Source: Octopus bimaculoides
Taxonomy: Eukaryota
Assembly: GCF_001194135.2 (NCBI RefSeq)
Contig: NC_068987.1
Location: 16,216,904 to 16,280,903 of the forward strand
DNA length: 64,000 nucleotides
Direction of reading: 5' to 3'
Part shown: positions 63,136 to 64,000 of the stretch, piece by piece
How positions within the stretch are numbered: the stretch's first letter is position 1
How the letters are laid out: every line of letters begins with the position of its first letter
Translations under genes and position numbers: made by a program
The notes under the pieces: generated by a model
Told to the model about the DNA's origin: nothing
The model's input: the letters and a program-made list of their open reading frames with translations, nothing else
Databases searched by the model: none

Positions 63136-63620
63136 TTTCACTCATCTCATTCATTTAATAATGACAAACATGCCCCACATATTCACACGCACATCACTAC
63201 ATATCCAATCATGCATGCATATATAAGTATGCACACACACATATGCAGTCATGTACAAGTACACATGTACTTGCAAATACTCAAGTGTGCATACACATAA
63301 TATATAAACTACATGATGAAACACACACACACACACACACACTTACCCACCTATGAAAACACATTGACTCATACATGCACACAAATACACTGACTCATGC
63401 ACACACACACACACACACATACTCAATTACTTACACACATGCACACGCATAAAAAAACATGCTTATTCAGGTAAGCATACATCTGCATGTATGTACACAT
63501 ACACAAGTATATGCTCTTATGCACATGCACTGTCAGTTACGCACATGGTCAAATTAGATACACACACAAATGCATAAATATACAGGCGCAATGTTGACAT
63601 TTACACACATACCCAAATTG

Positions 63621-63651
<31 letters not shown>

Positions 63652-63966
63652 TCATACACACACGTTTACTTGCTCAAATACCTATATGCATTTACTCGTA
63701 GGGGTAAGGGTAGGTGTGTGTTTCATCATGTATGTGTGATAGGTTATATAAACGTACAGACACGTTGACATTTACACATATACCCAAATTACTCATGCAT
63801 ATACACACACTCACATGTACACACACTTTCATGCACACACACACACACTTGTTTACTTACATGCATACATATACAAGTGCATAAGCATACATACACACAG
63901 ACATGGTGACATTTACACACACACACACACAGACACAGACACACACACACACACTCTCTCTTTCTT

Positions 63967-64000
<34 letters not shown>

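Noticed and set aside
51188-64000. Search for KANK ankyrin-repeat exons
   Set aside because: No acceptor followed by ankyrin-like (GNTALH/GxTPLM) codons was seen; these exons are presumably downstream of the window or in gaps.

Overview
AT-rich, microsatellite- and SINE-dense animal genomic DNA with many N gaps. The repeat families look like those of an octopus (coleoid cephalopod) draft assembly; this is an inference from repeat content. The only clear protein-coding gene is the 5' part of a KANK (KN motif and ankyrin repeat) gene on the + strand. It has a probable start exon (ATG 18307, donor 18359), a 5,428-bp exon (21463-26890) and a 222-bp exon (50966-51187). The large exon carries the KN motif, coiled coil 1, LC8-type motifs and two coding tandem-repeat arrays. 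Splice phases fit across all three exons, and the last junction rebuilds the KANK ...GG|YDSSSS motif. No ankyrin-repeat exon was found, so those probably lie beyond the window. The best lead is in the 24-kb intron: a strong acceptor at 29467 would add just Cys-Cys-Ile-Met-stop in frame, predicting an ankyrin-less KANK isoform ending in a CaaX/CCaX lipidation motif. Other leads are a candidate 18-nt microexon (48503-48520), two phase-compatible alternative N-termini, nested piggyBac-type MITEs, a hAT MITE with a recoverable target-site duplication, (ATT)n-associated SINE arrays and a local contig mis-ordering at 12.8-14.4 kb. All alternative-exon calls come from sequence alone and need transcript evidence.
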